A stretch of 64,000 nt of DNA. It comes from Tubulanus polymorphus (lineage: Eukaryota; Animalia; Nemertea). Position 1 is the stretch's first letter, and each line of letters starts with the position of its first letter. The notes beneath the pieces are model-generated. The model saw only the letters and a program-made list of their open reading frames with translations, was not told where the DNA came from and ran no database searches. The position numbers and the translations under genes were made by a program. Of this stretch, positions 25,491 through 37,196 are shown one piece after another. The DNA lies in the NCBI RefSeq assembly GCF_964204645.1, contig NC_134031.1:18855910-18919909 (forward strand), written 5' to 3'.

Positions 25491-27527
25491 GGCATGGTTA
25501 TAAAATATTCAAGACCACTTTTGGGCCTTAATCTCAAATGTTGCCATAGCGATAAAATTGAAGACGGATTTCGATCATTTCATGAGTGAGATAAAGTCTA
25601 CTAACAGACGTTACAATTAACGTGATATTTTCGATAACAAGTTATTTTTCCTCATTTTACCGGTTTGTTTTTGCTCGTTGAAACCGGTTGGCTGTGAAGG
25701 ATGCCCCGCGGGCGGCTTTATAGAATATTTGCAGTATGCGAGACACATTTCTTCCGATGATGAGACACTCTTTTACTGAAATTGATTCCGCGGAAAAAAT
25801 GAGGAAATGTTTACAATGCTACAAAATACATCTTATTATTCTCAGGTAAAGCGCTATAACAGCCCGGGGCGTTCCGTACATAAACATACATTTCTATCAT
25901 CAAAGAGATGCATTACTTAACAATAACATCTTCGAATCTATTTTCGAAGAATCTATCGGTGATCGAGTGGCTGATCATTTTTCAAAAACGGTTCGCTGTC
26001 CGCCAGCGCTATCGTCATCAGTATCGGGGAGGAGTGTCGTTCGCGCACCTGTGGTCTACGCGCGCTGCTGGGGAGGGGAATCACAAGTAACCACGGCAAC
26101 CGCATCTGTACAAGGACACTTTGATGGCAATCTTTCGGGCGAATCTGTTTGAAGTTCACCGCCGCGCCGCAACAGAAGCAAATGAAGCTCGCAGACGGCA
26201 CGCTAGAATCGGGAGTATTCGCAACAGGAAAAATAATTTGTGTTCTCCGGGGCTCCCGGCGACATTGTCGCGAGAAACACTTGTGTCGTCTGATTGGCCG
26301 GAAGTGGAAGTATAGCGCAGTTCAATTGTGCCCGGCTAATAGACCGGTTATAAAAATATATGATGGAAACAGAAACAAAAGTTAGTAGGCGGCCTTTTCC
26401 TAATCAACCTGATCAAAGTATAAGTCTGTAAGTTTCGTAAACTTGTACTTTCATATGATATCCGCTCGCAGCGGAATGTCTATATTATCTATTGCGACAT
26501 TAGGCGCATGACGGGTATCGTGGTTTGTATTGCGATGGTTAGACTGATATTTTCCTCGGTTTGAAGATGAAATAAGAATCCCACATTAATGAAAAATTGT
26601 GCATCTTCGAACAGTTTTTGTAATTGATGGAAGAAACGAAGAGAACTAATTTTTTTGCACATCAATAAATCGAAAATTGAGACGGAATGCATGGATTTTT
26701 TTAATTTTTTTGTAGGAATATTATGATGAAAACGCAACGGAGGACTTTAAAGATTACGAAAGGCAACATTAGACTTTTTGACGGTAACCACTGCGAAAAG
26801 AAGGCTGGTGTTACACACGCGCTCGCTGCATTAGGTATGAGTAACGCGCTCTCTTTCTAAAAACCCGTACAACTCGACTCAAGTCTTTCACACACGAGTC
26901 ACCTTCTCTTCACCGAGACACGAGCCGCAAAACCGAACCTTTTCACGATTCTTTCTTTTTTGCCAGTCGTCGTGAGTACGATAATCGAACTATTACCCGA
27001 CGAATCACTAGAGAATGTCGCGGTTATTACGTACACGCGAACAGATTGTAACAAATCAAATACGGGCGAGTGAATTCCAGCACCACCAGCAGCGGCAGCG
27101 GCGGCACCCTCCGGTCTCTCTCTCTCACACACTCTACGAGTGACTCACCACCGCAAACCCCTAACAGCAGTTACTGACTGAAAGCTTGTTCATTTTCGGT
27201 CGCGTCTCTCGATTTTCCTGTTCGTGATTCGATTCGATAATTGAACGATAATTACTGGTATTACACCGGTATTACGCCTGTATTACGTTAGTAAGGAGCT
27301 GGTTTGATGTGTAATAATAGGCTTTTCGGAATTTGCCGTGCAACACACGCGCGCACGCTCGAGTCCAGTACCGGCATCGCCCTGCACTCGTGTCGGTCGT
27401 ATTATCTCGTGGTAAAAACTATTCCATACTTTTTCACCTGAACACTTGTTGACTCATCAGCAGCAGCGATGACAAAGATTCGAATCAAAAGGAAAAGTAC
27501 TTGGAAAACTTTTTACACGAGAAGTTA

Positions 27528-27747
27528 GGCTAAAAAAAATTGATACCTTGTTTCTCCGCTCTGCTGAGCTTAAATGTTGACCCGGCCGGCCGCCTATCTA
27601 CCCTATACATTACTTTTTTTAAAATCGCGATCAATTTTACCATAACAGACCCGGCCGCTATAGAAATGAACTGTTTACAAATTTTATCAAATTTTACAAA
27701 AATGACCCGGCCGCTGCGGAGAAACAAGGTATCATTTTTGTTTAGCC
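27528..27747. mobile_element. Complete 220-bp MITE, Tourist/PIF-Harbinger type
   Basis: TIRs GGCTAAAAAAAATTGATACCTTGTTTCTCCGC / GCGGAGAAACAAGGTATCATTTTTGTTTAGCC (~32 bp, 2 mismatches), flanked by TTA at 27525-27527 and 27748-27750. Internal GACCCGGCCG occurs three times. Confidence 0.9.
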
Positions 27748-28629
27748 TTAAACACTTCGTGAACTAGCAAATCGAAGTTTGTCCAAACAAAATGATATGA
27801 ATTGAATACTTTTTGAACGGATTTGCATTTCGATATTTCTCTGATAAACTCACACGAAAGAATAAATGAAAGTCAGTCGAAATGATGGATACAAATTCGA
27901 CACGTTCTTTTATTGTATTTCTCATTTTGTTGTTTTTCCATTCGATTGATACATGAGAATATACCCGGATGCATCAACGCTGTTTATAATTATAGATTGT
28001 ATTACATTCCATCTCTCTTCTTCCCCCTCCCCCCTCTCTCTCTCCCCAAAAACAATCATCTCAATTCTCACCAGGACCAACGCGCAACAAATGAATTTAT
28101 AACTGCCGTAACGCGAACTGACAACGAAATCATGAAAAATGCAGAGCGTCGCCAGGAAAAAACAAAGACCGCGGCAAATTAAGATTTATCTAGGCAGACA
28201 TATAGAACGAAAGTCGCGGAATAGAAGTCGCAGACGTCAAGACGTCAAAATCAATGCTTTCTAGGTAATTATCATTATCTGGTGTTAGTAGTCGGGGAGG
28301 ATATCACCGCGTGTTCTCCGTCGCCAGAAACAAAAATGCTTTTAGGAAGTCACGAAAAATTGCGTGCGTGAAGCGTTTACTCCGCGCTGTCGTGTTCGGT
28401 GGTAATGAAGCCTTCAGCGCGCGACAGTGGAGGCCGAGAGGAGGGAAAAGCTGGTTGCTTTTAGTTAGTTAGGAGTAATCTAATTAATGAACGGCTAATG
28501 CGACTGTTTTGTTGTTGTTGTTACCAGTTCTCTGTTTCTAATGATTATAGATAAAGTCATCGTCGAGAACTTCTCTTGGCGATAAGAGAGAATTGCCTCA
28601 TGAAGCAAGTAAAGAATCAAAATCCTAGG

Positions 28630-28750
28630 GCCCCAGTTGCCCAGTCGGGCCGAAAATCTTAAATCACAGGACTGGTCTTAGGCGGTTGGATTGACTATAT
28701 GATTAAGATGTTCTAAGACTGATCTTAGATTTTTAAGTCATGGCCACAAC
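28630..28750. mobile_element. Fragment of the same sister TIR family
   Basis: GGCCCCAGTTGCCCAGTC...GGACTGGTCTTAG...TAAGACTGATCTTAGA. Confidence 0.55.
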
Positions 28751-29558
28751 AAATGTACATCGTATTTGCAACCACTCCTTAGAATCTGAAGGCTTTGAAC
28801 AGCGCTAGTATTCTGGCAAAATTCTTCAGAAGTATTCTGTCTGAAACGTTAGAACCATATTTATGTTATTCTTCTTACAAGTGTTCTCAGCGGCGTTCGA
28901 AACTGCTCGTCTAATACAATCTCGATAAATAGACCTCCCGGAACCTTCATAAGAAATTTCGCACATGAAATTCTTTCGGAGAAAAAAATGACTTTTTATA
29001 TCAGAAATGATTCCCCGTTTATCTGGATGGATCCGAATACCAGTCATAATTACATCGTTCACAGGTTTACCCCGAACTCAACCTCACGCAAATAACAATT
29101 CACATTTTTAAAACGATTTTTGTTGAGTCATCGCGATAGTCAAAATTCAGTCACTGATCTTTCGAAAATCTGAAAAATATCATCATCTCCTCCTCACGCA
29201 TCGCGTAGACGATGACTTTTTACCGGAATAAGAAAATTGACCCGTAAGTTTTGTGATGAAGTCACGTCTGTTTGAAGAGAGCTCACGTCTGATCTATGAC
29301 GTCACTTCCAGCTCGCTGAACCCGCACGTGATAACTTAGAAATCCCCCTTTAACCCTAACCCTTTAATAGTCATTTTCCCAAATAAATTGACTCGCTCGC
29401 CGTGACTCAAAAATGAGTAATTTGAATATTCAGTAAATAACATCTTTTTCGGCATTGATATTATCGTTGGGTCTGTCTTTAAGTTTTAAAATTGGGGACG
29501 AAAACACCGAAACCAGATATTTGATTAATTCTACCTACAAAACCCTTTACAACATAAG

Positions 29559-29642
29559 TATTCGTGAAGATGACTATCAGGATATAGATGACACGTTGCT
29601 AAAAGGAAACATTTCGGACATTTCATTGTTAGTCTGGGATTT
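29559..29642 (+). mobile_element. Decayed copy of the hammerhead-bearing repeat (opposite orientation)
   Basis: TATTCGTGAAGATGACTATCAGGATATAGATGACACGTTG...ATTTCGGAC aligns with the reverse complement of 37090-37196; the core is mutated. Confidence 0.65.
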
Positions 29643-31461
29643 ACATATCATCGTGTTTCATCAATGATAACCTAAACCAGACATTCACCTAGATCAATAC
29701 CAATTCTCCGTCAATGGCTGTAGTTGAGTTAGAACATTGAACATGAATAAATTCTGAATGAAACCCAAGTTGAGTCAAGATTAAAAACGAGAACAGTGTA
29801 ACTGGATCCAGGAATAGTTTTAATGTAATTGGCGTCAAATTTTTCCTAGGATAAAAACGAACTTGCGATATCAGATCGAGTAAACCCATCGAACTCGTTA
29901 TTTTGAAATGTCCCCTAGAGTCTATGAAATGGCCCCGGTATTTTTATTGAGTAAGTCATTACCACGCACGTACGCATGATTAGTACTGGTGATCTGGTTA
30001 TTGATTTCTGATCGTGTGAATATGTATCGATGATAGATGAAAAAACACGTTGTTAGTTATCATCGCCTAATATCTATGGCTTCATCGATTCCTCAACACA
30101 AAACACACGTCGCCGATCTCTTCATGCGATATTTCGTCAAAAAACATTTTCCCAATTAGGTATCAACAAACCGTATCAAGAGCGCGCGATACACACATCG
30201 TCGCGACGTGGAGACAAAAACCCCGCCGTAGCCCCAACTCATAGGCGCCAATTACGAGTCCCGTTTTTTATCTCTAATAAGCGCGCGCGCGTGAGTCAGA
30301 TATGAGATCGGGTTCTGATGGAAGGAAATACCAATCAATCGTGACGATTCGGTCGGTGACGGAATTCAGCATCTCGTGCTTCCACGTGTCATGCGCGAAC
30401 AATTTGGACAATCTTAAATAACTACAAAAATTGAATTGGGATTCGAACACAAAATTACCTTGAGTTCTGTTGCGCTTTTTCATTACTTTTCTAAACTCTA
30501 CCTAATGCAATATTATACCTGACCCTCGCCCTAACCCCCCGGGCCAATAAACTCTTCACCAAGGACCTTATAGTGTCAGATGTTCCAGTGTTGGTTACAC
30601 TAAGATCGTAGAGCGACGGAGATCTCTGTGGAAAGGACCGGCACTTCCAAGACTAGGCGAACTAAACTCTAAACCCTTACCCTCTAGACCCTCGTCCTCG
30701 CCTTGATGCCTAGACCCTAATTTCCTGCGGTTGTAAAAGCCGCCATTTTGTTTTTGACAACATGGAAATGAGTGTTATATTAGATCGTTCACTGTGTGAA
30801 CGGGCGGGTTCCGGGGAATCGCTATTTACCGGATCGCGGCGACGGAAAACTGTTGAATAGTCGCGGCGCAGATTAGAGCGGCTCCGGAGCGGCTTTTATT
30901 CGGCACGATTCAAGCGCGACGATTAATCACCGATGATAAATAGAAAAACGTGTTGAAATGCTAATTAATATCGGCGCTGATGAGGTGATAATTAACAATT
31001 ATCGGTGCGACTGTGTTTAACGTATGAATCGTAAAATAGGAACTGCATCATCTCTTTCAGTGTTCGGTGTCTACCTCATTACGACAGCGATGCAGTAATT
31101 ACGCGATTCGCGAAGTGAAATCTAGCTTAAATCAAAGTAAATCAGCAGCTTATAATCCATTAATTACACACACGCCTTTACATACTACACGAACCATCGT
31201 GGAAACATCCCGAGTCCGTGTTGTAAATATGATATTTTCAAAACCCAACAGTTAGAATGAAATATTTACTTGAGCTGCATTCGACGATATCTATATATAG
31301 GTATATATTTGAAAATTCCTGGCAATCAACGTTTGTAGTCATAAGAATGATAAGGTTTTTTTTGTGAATAGAGCATTGGCAATCAGTCACCACACCGTCC
31401 TGAATGGTCGCCTCTGATCACCACAGTGACCAAATAAACTTCCAAACCACACGTCACCATA

Positions 31462-31690
31462 AATCGGTGGTTTAGTGGTTAAGCACACCTGGTTTGAATG
31501 ATCGATGTCGCAGGTTCGAGTCCGGTTAGACCGCAGTGATCTAAGGATTTTTTACGGTTTTTTTTTTTTCGGTTTCGAGTTGTCACAGTTTTGTTTCGGA
31601 AGGGAACTGCCCTTCGATATCCCGGGTCATGTATCTGAGATATCTATGGGATTGAGGCGCCATAAATCACCGAGTCAATGTCTATCTGTA
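31462..31690 (+). mobile_element. tRNA-derived SINE-like element
   Basis: A-box TGGTTTAGTGG (31468-31478) and B-box GGTTCGAGTCC (31513-31523) at tRNA-like spacing, with no acceptor stem. Internal T-run; possible LINE-like tail GGCGCCATAAAT (31656-31667). Confidence 0.55.
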
Positions 31691-32270
31691 TCAGGAGTTT
31701 GTCGAGAGGAAGAGTGAACGCGTGATTGAGTTTGATATGACTTTAAGAAGCTCGGAACCGCTCACACCTTATCACGCATGATTCCGAATAGTGTCATTGT
31801 ACCGGTACATCGGCGCAGGTAGAAAAGTGCCTGACACGCAGACGATGCATACCGGCATGACTCATCACTGACGACGAGTCGAGGGGAAAAAAAGAACAAC
31901 TACAGCCGTTAATGAGCAATGCAGCGAGTCAAGACATCTATTCATTAGTTAGTAGCATTTTGTCCGAATCTTGGATTAGTTAAATAATTGGACTTTACGT
32001 GCCATTAGCTAAACAGAGTAAAAGGCTGTGTAAATTAATGGCGTAATGTAAAGACGTTATATTGCCGTACAACTCTCATTACGTCGTGTATCAGTCACTA
32101 TAACAGTAAGTGCGGCTTTTCTATCGTCGAAGAAAACAATTCATAAGACCAAATGGATGTGAGAATGCGACGGATTCCACCAAGAACTGGTCAATAATTT
32201 AGAAAAAAACAACGTTACTTTCGGAATACATGTGTAAGAGCTGTAACTATGTTCAAAACCAAATTAAACC

Positions 32271-32506
32271 ACTGGGTCCCGAGTCAAATTAAACTCACAC
32301 AACTGTGAAACTGGGTTCAGAGTCAAATTAAACCCACACAGTGAAACTGGGTTCAGAGTCATATTAAACCCACACAACTGTGAAACTGGGTTCAGAGTCA
32401 AATTAAACCCACACAGTGAAACTGGGTTCAGAGTCATATTAAAACCCACACAACTGTGAAACTGGGTTCAGAGTCAAATTAAACCCACACAGTTAAACTG
32501 GGTGCA
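32271..32506. repeat. Minisatellite, 6 units alternating 39-40 and 36 bp (75-bp higher-order dimer x3)
   Basis: Unit GAGTCA(A/T)ATTAAACCCACACA(ACT)GTGAAACTGGGTTCA; units start at 32281, 32320, 32356, 32395, 32431 and 32471. Confidence 0.97.
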
Positions 32507-32943
32507 CAACAAGCGGATCCGTAGTTACACAACCAAAATAAAGTGTAGGCAATGAAACAGGTTTCACAGATTGATGATCCCGCAACTGTGTAACTGGGTC
32601 CCATGAGAATAGACAGTTCCTTGTACCGGAATGGTTAAACTGCCCGCAGAGCACTTTCAAGACAAACAGCACTTTCTGCGAGTACGAATTAACCGCGGAT
32701 CACTACATCAAATAAACCCGGACTGCAAAGAAAAAACACTAAAAGCTCAGTAAATTACGGAACTAATCTGACCAGAGGGCTACCTTTTACACGCTAATTA
32801 ACCAGCAACGCGAGAAACAACGCTCTTCTGTCCAGAAAACAAGCAGGCCAAATCAAAACAGTCATTTGTTTTATCACCAGAGGACGTTTTCCTAAAATAA
32901 CGCGCGGAGGCGTATGAGAGAAATTACGAAATAGGAGACGGGC

Positions 32944-33204
32944 GCAAATCAGCGATAGCTGGTTTTCAGGAAAGTACAATAAATACAGCCGCAAATCAGC
33001 GATAGCTGGTTTTCAGGAAAGTACAATAAATACAGCCGCAAATCAGCGATAGCTGGTTTTCAGGAAAGTACAATAAATACAGCCGCAAATCAGCGATAGC
33101 TGGTTTTAAGGAAAATACAATAAATACAGCCGCAAAGCAGCGATAGATGGTTTTCAGAAAAATATACGATTAATATAGCCACAAAACGGCAATAACGGGT
33201 TTTC
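32944..33204. repeat. 47-bp minisatellite, 5 copies plus a partial
   Basis: GCAAATCAGCGATAGCTGGTTTTCAGGAAAGTACAATAAATACAGCC at 32944, 32991, 33038, 33085 and 33132; degenerates rightwards. Confidence 0.97.
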
Positions 33205-33943
33205 TGCCTTACTAGTTTGATGTCTGTCACGATGAAGCAAAGGAGGTTTCATTGAAATCATTCTTATCGGAGAGACTGTGAATTATGGCGACAGTGATCT
33301 TTCCAGGTATGATCTCACACAGAAGGAGATATCTTAAGAAGTTTATCAGGAAATTTTTAGATAGAGAATTCCTCGCGATTTTTAAGGGAAATGATGACGC
33401 CAACTGCATATGGAATCAATTGACTTTGAAAAGTGAATTAGTTACGCATTACTGACGCTATGATACCCAGTAATCTTATTATTTTTATCCCAGGTTGGTA
33501 TTACACTTAGTTCCGATACTATGATTCACAAATTGCCGCCGGGCGTCTTTCAATTTGTCCGCGTTGCGCGATCAGTCCACGAGAACTTGACTTCTAGTCT
33601 TATACACGAACTCTTGCCCAGGTCACCGTAATGTATAACGTACTTTATCTAATCGTTTTATACGCAACTCCTGTGAGGCCGACATTGAGCAGCTAAATTT
33701 GAGGTCAGGCCCGCGACTGAGTAATGCTGTAAGTCATGAGGGATTCGACCTCATTTTTGTGCTTTCTATTGTACATTCAGGTTCATAAAGGCACCGCGGA
33801 GTTGGATGGCATTATGCGCAGTTGCTGAAGAAATAAAATGTCGGATCCATCCGACCTCACAATATAGTTTCAATATCGTCCTGAATTCTGATATTTTCTG
33901 GTAGAGTCCCACGCCTGGGAACACCGATATTCGTTGGTAATTA

Positions 33944-34183
33944 AGCCTAAAAATGATATCTTTTTTCTTATTTCTGCTGAGCTCAAAAGTTGACCCGACC
34001 GGCCCCTATACCCGTCTGCGCATTACTTTTTTTCTAAATCATGATCAGGCTAGCCATAACAGACCCCGGCAGTTGGAATAGGAATGAACTGATCTTATTA
34101 CAAATCTTATTACAAATTTCATTGCAGTTTACAAAACTGGCCCGGCCGATTATAGGGGAAAAAGGTATCATTATATTTTGGCC
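33944..34183. mobile_element. Diverged second copy of the 27528-27747 MITE
   Basis: Colinear similarity: CTGCTGAGCT..AA.GTTGACCCG.CCGGCC, CATTACTTTTTTT, CCATAACAGACCC, AATGAACTG, CCCGGCCG, AAGGTATCATT. TIRs are decayed. Confidence 0.85.
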
Positions 34184-35855
34184 TCATTTCAATCTTATAT
34201 CTTCTGGCGGAGCTGCCGAATCTGGAAGAAGTTGGTGAAGAAACAGCAAGTGCAAAATTAGTGATATAACAACTGCGAGGGAGGGGCAATCAGGCGGGAG
34301 GGGGCAAGAATTACAAATAATTCCACCTAAACGATGACGTCATCTAATGGCAGAATTCATCATCAAATGCGTCCTCGCTTATATCAAAATAATCCCAGCA
34401 CGAGCCTCGAGCCAAATATGGAAGATGTCCAATTAGAAAACCTACGGGACCATTACCTCTCAAAGCGGAGACATTATATTACAGTAAGTGACCTGTCTTT
34501 TAGGATTAAAGCTTTCAAAGCATCAATTTCTGATGTAGTTTAATTAACCTATCAGCCAGTTCCGAGATCTGACTGTCAACATCGTGGAGCTGAGTCTGCT
34601 GAACTGCAAACTGTGGAACCATATCAAATTAAAGATGCACAGCTTTGGAACTGGGTCCAGAGTCAGATTTAGCCCACACAACTGAAGAACTGGGTTCACC
34701 CTCTGGTAATCTAGATTGTGGATATGTTTGATGATATTGTATTCGATTCATGACTGCTTGCAGCCAATTCCACATATATCTGATATACATCTCGACGCGA
34801 TACAATGGCAAAAACCGATAGTGTCAATGCGTCCGTCAAATAATCTCTTCATCAACGCTACCCGTGTCAAAAGAACATTTGCATCGAGTTAAAAGCCTGT
34901 AACATTTAGCTGAAGGCGACTTTGTACTGAATGAACAGAATCGCATAACAGCGACAAGACACGCAACTGATACCAGTAATACTGATACAGCATACAGTGG
35001 TGTCGCGCAATCAGGGCGTATACTCCACTGAACTGGCTTACTAGGCCTAGACACGCGAGTTTCGACACTAGAACTCCATCTATAGGTCATAAAATTAATG
35101 AAAGTTATGTTTCCTTAATCAAGGAGTTGCAGGTATATCCCGGTTTCAATCGAATCCGGGTAATTGAGCGATAATGAAAACACCTTTCATTCTCGAAGGC
35201 GCCGCGACGTCCTGGTCACCGGAATTAGCATCGTCGCATGTTCGATTATTAGATAATGGAAAATCAAATGAAAAAGACACAAAGACACGTGAAGAAAAGA
35301 TGAAATACGAAACGTTATACGGAATTGATTGTGTGTTTGTGAGGCCAGGCGAATAATCAGTGACGAGAAAGAGGTGAGATAGTTCACACGAGACACGTGA
35401 CTGTAACTCGTAATTAACACGTCATAGACTACGCGTCCTCGCGCGCTACCTGGGCATCCATCAACCCCGGTCATATTATAACAATGCCCTTCTTTCACGT
35501 GGAATTAACTGTCATTTTCAATTCTCTCAGTCTATTACTTCAAATCAATTAGCCATAAATTGGTAATATCTGACATTTCTACGCTAATGATCGTTGATAC
35601 GCGCAACTGAAAGTGGTCGTCGGCTTTCATCGTGCGCGAGCTGCTGCGGGCTGAAACTTGACGGCGCTTTTTATTCGCGCGCATCAAACGATTTTGTGAG
35701 CGGAATTTTTATCGTGTTTTCTCGGTCCGAGCGATGGTCAGTGCGCAGTGTGATTTTTATGAGCAATTATTTTCGTTTTCACGCCGTAAAACGTTAGTGA
35801 TTTAAGTGTTGCCGCTGAGGCCTTTCTATTTATAATAACCGCTGCCGTCACGAAA

Positions 35856-36319
35856 CTCTCTTCCTCCCCATCACTCCCCTTATACTCTCCCTCTTCCTCT
35901 CTCTCCCTCTTCCTCTCTCTTCCTCCACTCCACTTATACCCTCCCTCTTCCTCTCTCTCCCACTTCCAGCTCCCTCTCTCTTCCTCCCCATCACTCCACT
36001 TATACCCTCCCTCTTCCTCTCCCCTCTTCCTCTCTCTCTCTCCCTCCTCCTGTTCCTTCTTTCTTCCTCCCCACTCCCCTTATACTCTCCCTCTCCACTC
36101 TCTCTCCTTCTCTTTCCTCCATCTTTCTCTTTTTCTCTCCCTCTCCCTCTCTCTCTTAGTTTTCCTCTCCCTCTCTCCCTCCCTACCTCTTTCTCTCACC
36201 CTCCACACCCCCCCTCTCTCTCTCTCTCTACCCCTCTTTTTATCTCCCCCTCCCCCATACCCCTTTGTCTCCCCTCTCTCTCCCTCCATCTCTCTCCACT
36301 TCTCTCTATCACTTTCTCT
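35856..36319 (+). repeat. Polypyrimidine (CT-rich) low-complexity tract with internal subrepeats
   Basis: Recurring CTCTTCCTCCCCATCACTCC.CTTATAC.CTCCCTCT. Confidence 0.95.
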
Positions 36320-37089
36320 ATGACGAGGAGCAGGTAACTCACTGATAGAAGCGGTATAGTGAATCATTCCCTCCGAGTAATTCCCAATTTTCTGCTATTA
36401 GTTCGTCCCGGAAATCTAAGCGAACCCCGCTGCTCCGGGTAAAACAGACACGACAGCGTTTCAGCAGGGTCTCCGAGCATTTTCGCAGCAATTTTCGGCG
36501 AAATAAAAATGAAAATGATTTTGCGCAAAATGATTCCGAAAATTGCTTCTTGAGATGTAAGTAGGAGTCGTCACGTTGAAGGCAGAGATTTCAGTTCCAC
36601 AGTTCTGAGATGTTAGTCATTCGAAATGAAGTAAAATTTCAAAGTTAAACTACTAAACAGTTGATCTGGGTCCATCGAATACCGGTATCAAAGATCAAGT
36701 AGCGTTTTAATAGTTTTTGTTTTTAACCCAAGATAATTTTACATAAATACATAATCATTCTTGTGAAATCTTAGCTGGATCGCTAAATTATGAACGATTC
36801 AAAAGTTTACATTTGAAGCGATTTTTACATTGGCGTATAGTTCATCTGATACCCATGTAGATGGCGTTGATGATGACGCAATAGGGGCTTCATACTGCAT
36901 TCCCATCGGCGCAAATTCTTAGCTACAGATAGATATTCATCGTACCCAAAGTTTTATTAAGGCCAGTCATATACAGGCGGTACAGCGACAACCATTGATG
37001 AAACAGTCACTAAACATTGATGAGGCACTCTATCCTCTGTGTTGAAACCTTTTCTTTGCAATTTCGAAACTCTGCGTGTTGTAGCGATA

Positions 37090-37196
37090 ATAAGAAATCT
37101 CACATTTTGGATGAAAAAACAAAGTCCGAAATTTTGCCATGAGACCAATTTATTCGACGTTTCGATTATGTCACAATATAGTCATCTTCAGGAATA
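37090..37196 (-). mobile_element. ~110-bp hammerhead-bearing dispersed repeat, best-preserved copy
   Basis: Homologous by eye to 8695-8790, 10255-10345, 29559-29642 and, weakly, 55561-55635. Shared plus-strand pattern: ...CACA...AGTCCGAAA...TTATTC.ACGTTTCGA...ATAGTCATCTTCAG. Confidence 0.7.
37151..37196 (-). ncRNA. Minimal type I hammerhead ribozyme motif (Penelope-like-element type)
   Basis: Minus strand reads UAUUC CUGAAGA U GACUAU auugugac AUAAUC GAAA CG UC GAAUA. Stem I is UAUUC/GAAUA, the core is CUGAnGA...GAAA, stem II pairs 5/6, stem III is reduced to palindromic ACGU, and the cleavage triplet is GUC. AAUAAA overlaps the 3' strand. Confidence 0.75.

Noticed and set aside
30490-30720. 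CCCTAA-like motifs (also 29350-29363) suggesting interstitial telomere repeat
   Set aside because: At most two adjacent units and heavily degenerate.
32271-33204. CRISPR-like appearance of the tandem arrays
   Set aside because: Head-to-tail units with no unique spacers, no cas genes, and a eukaryotic context.
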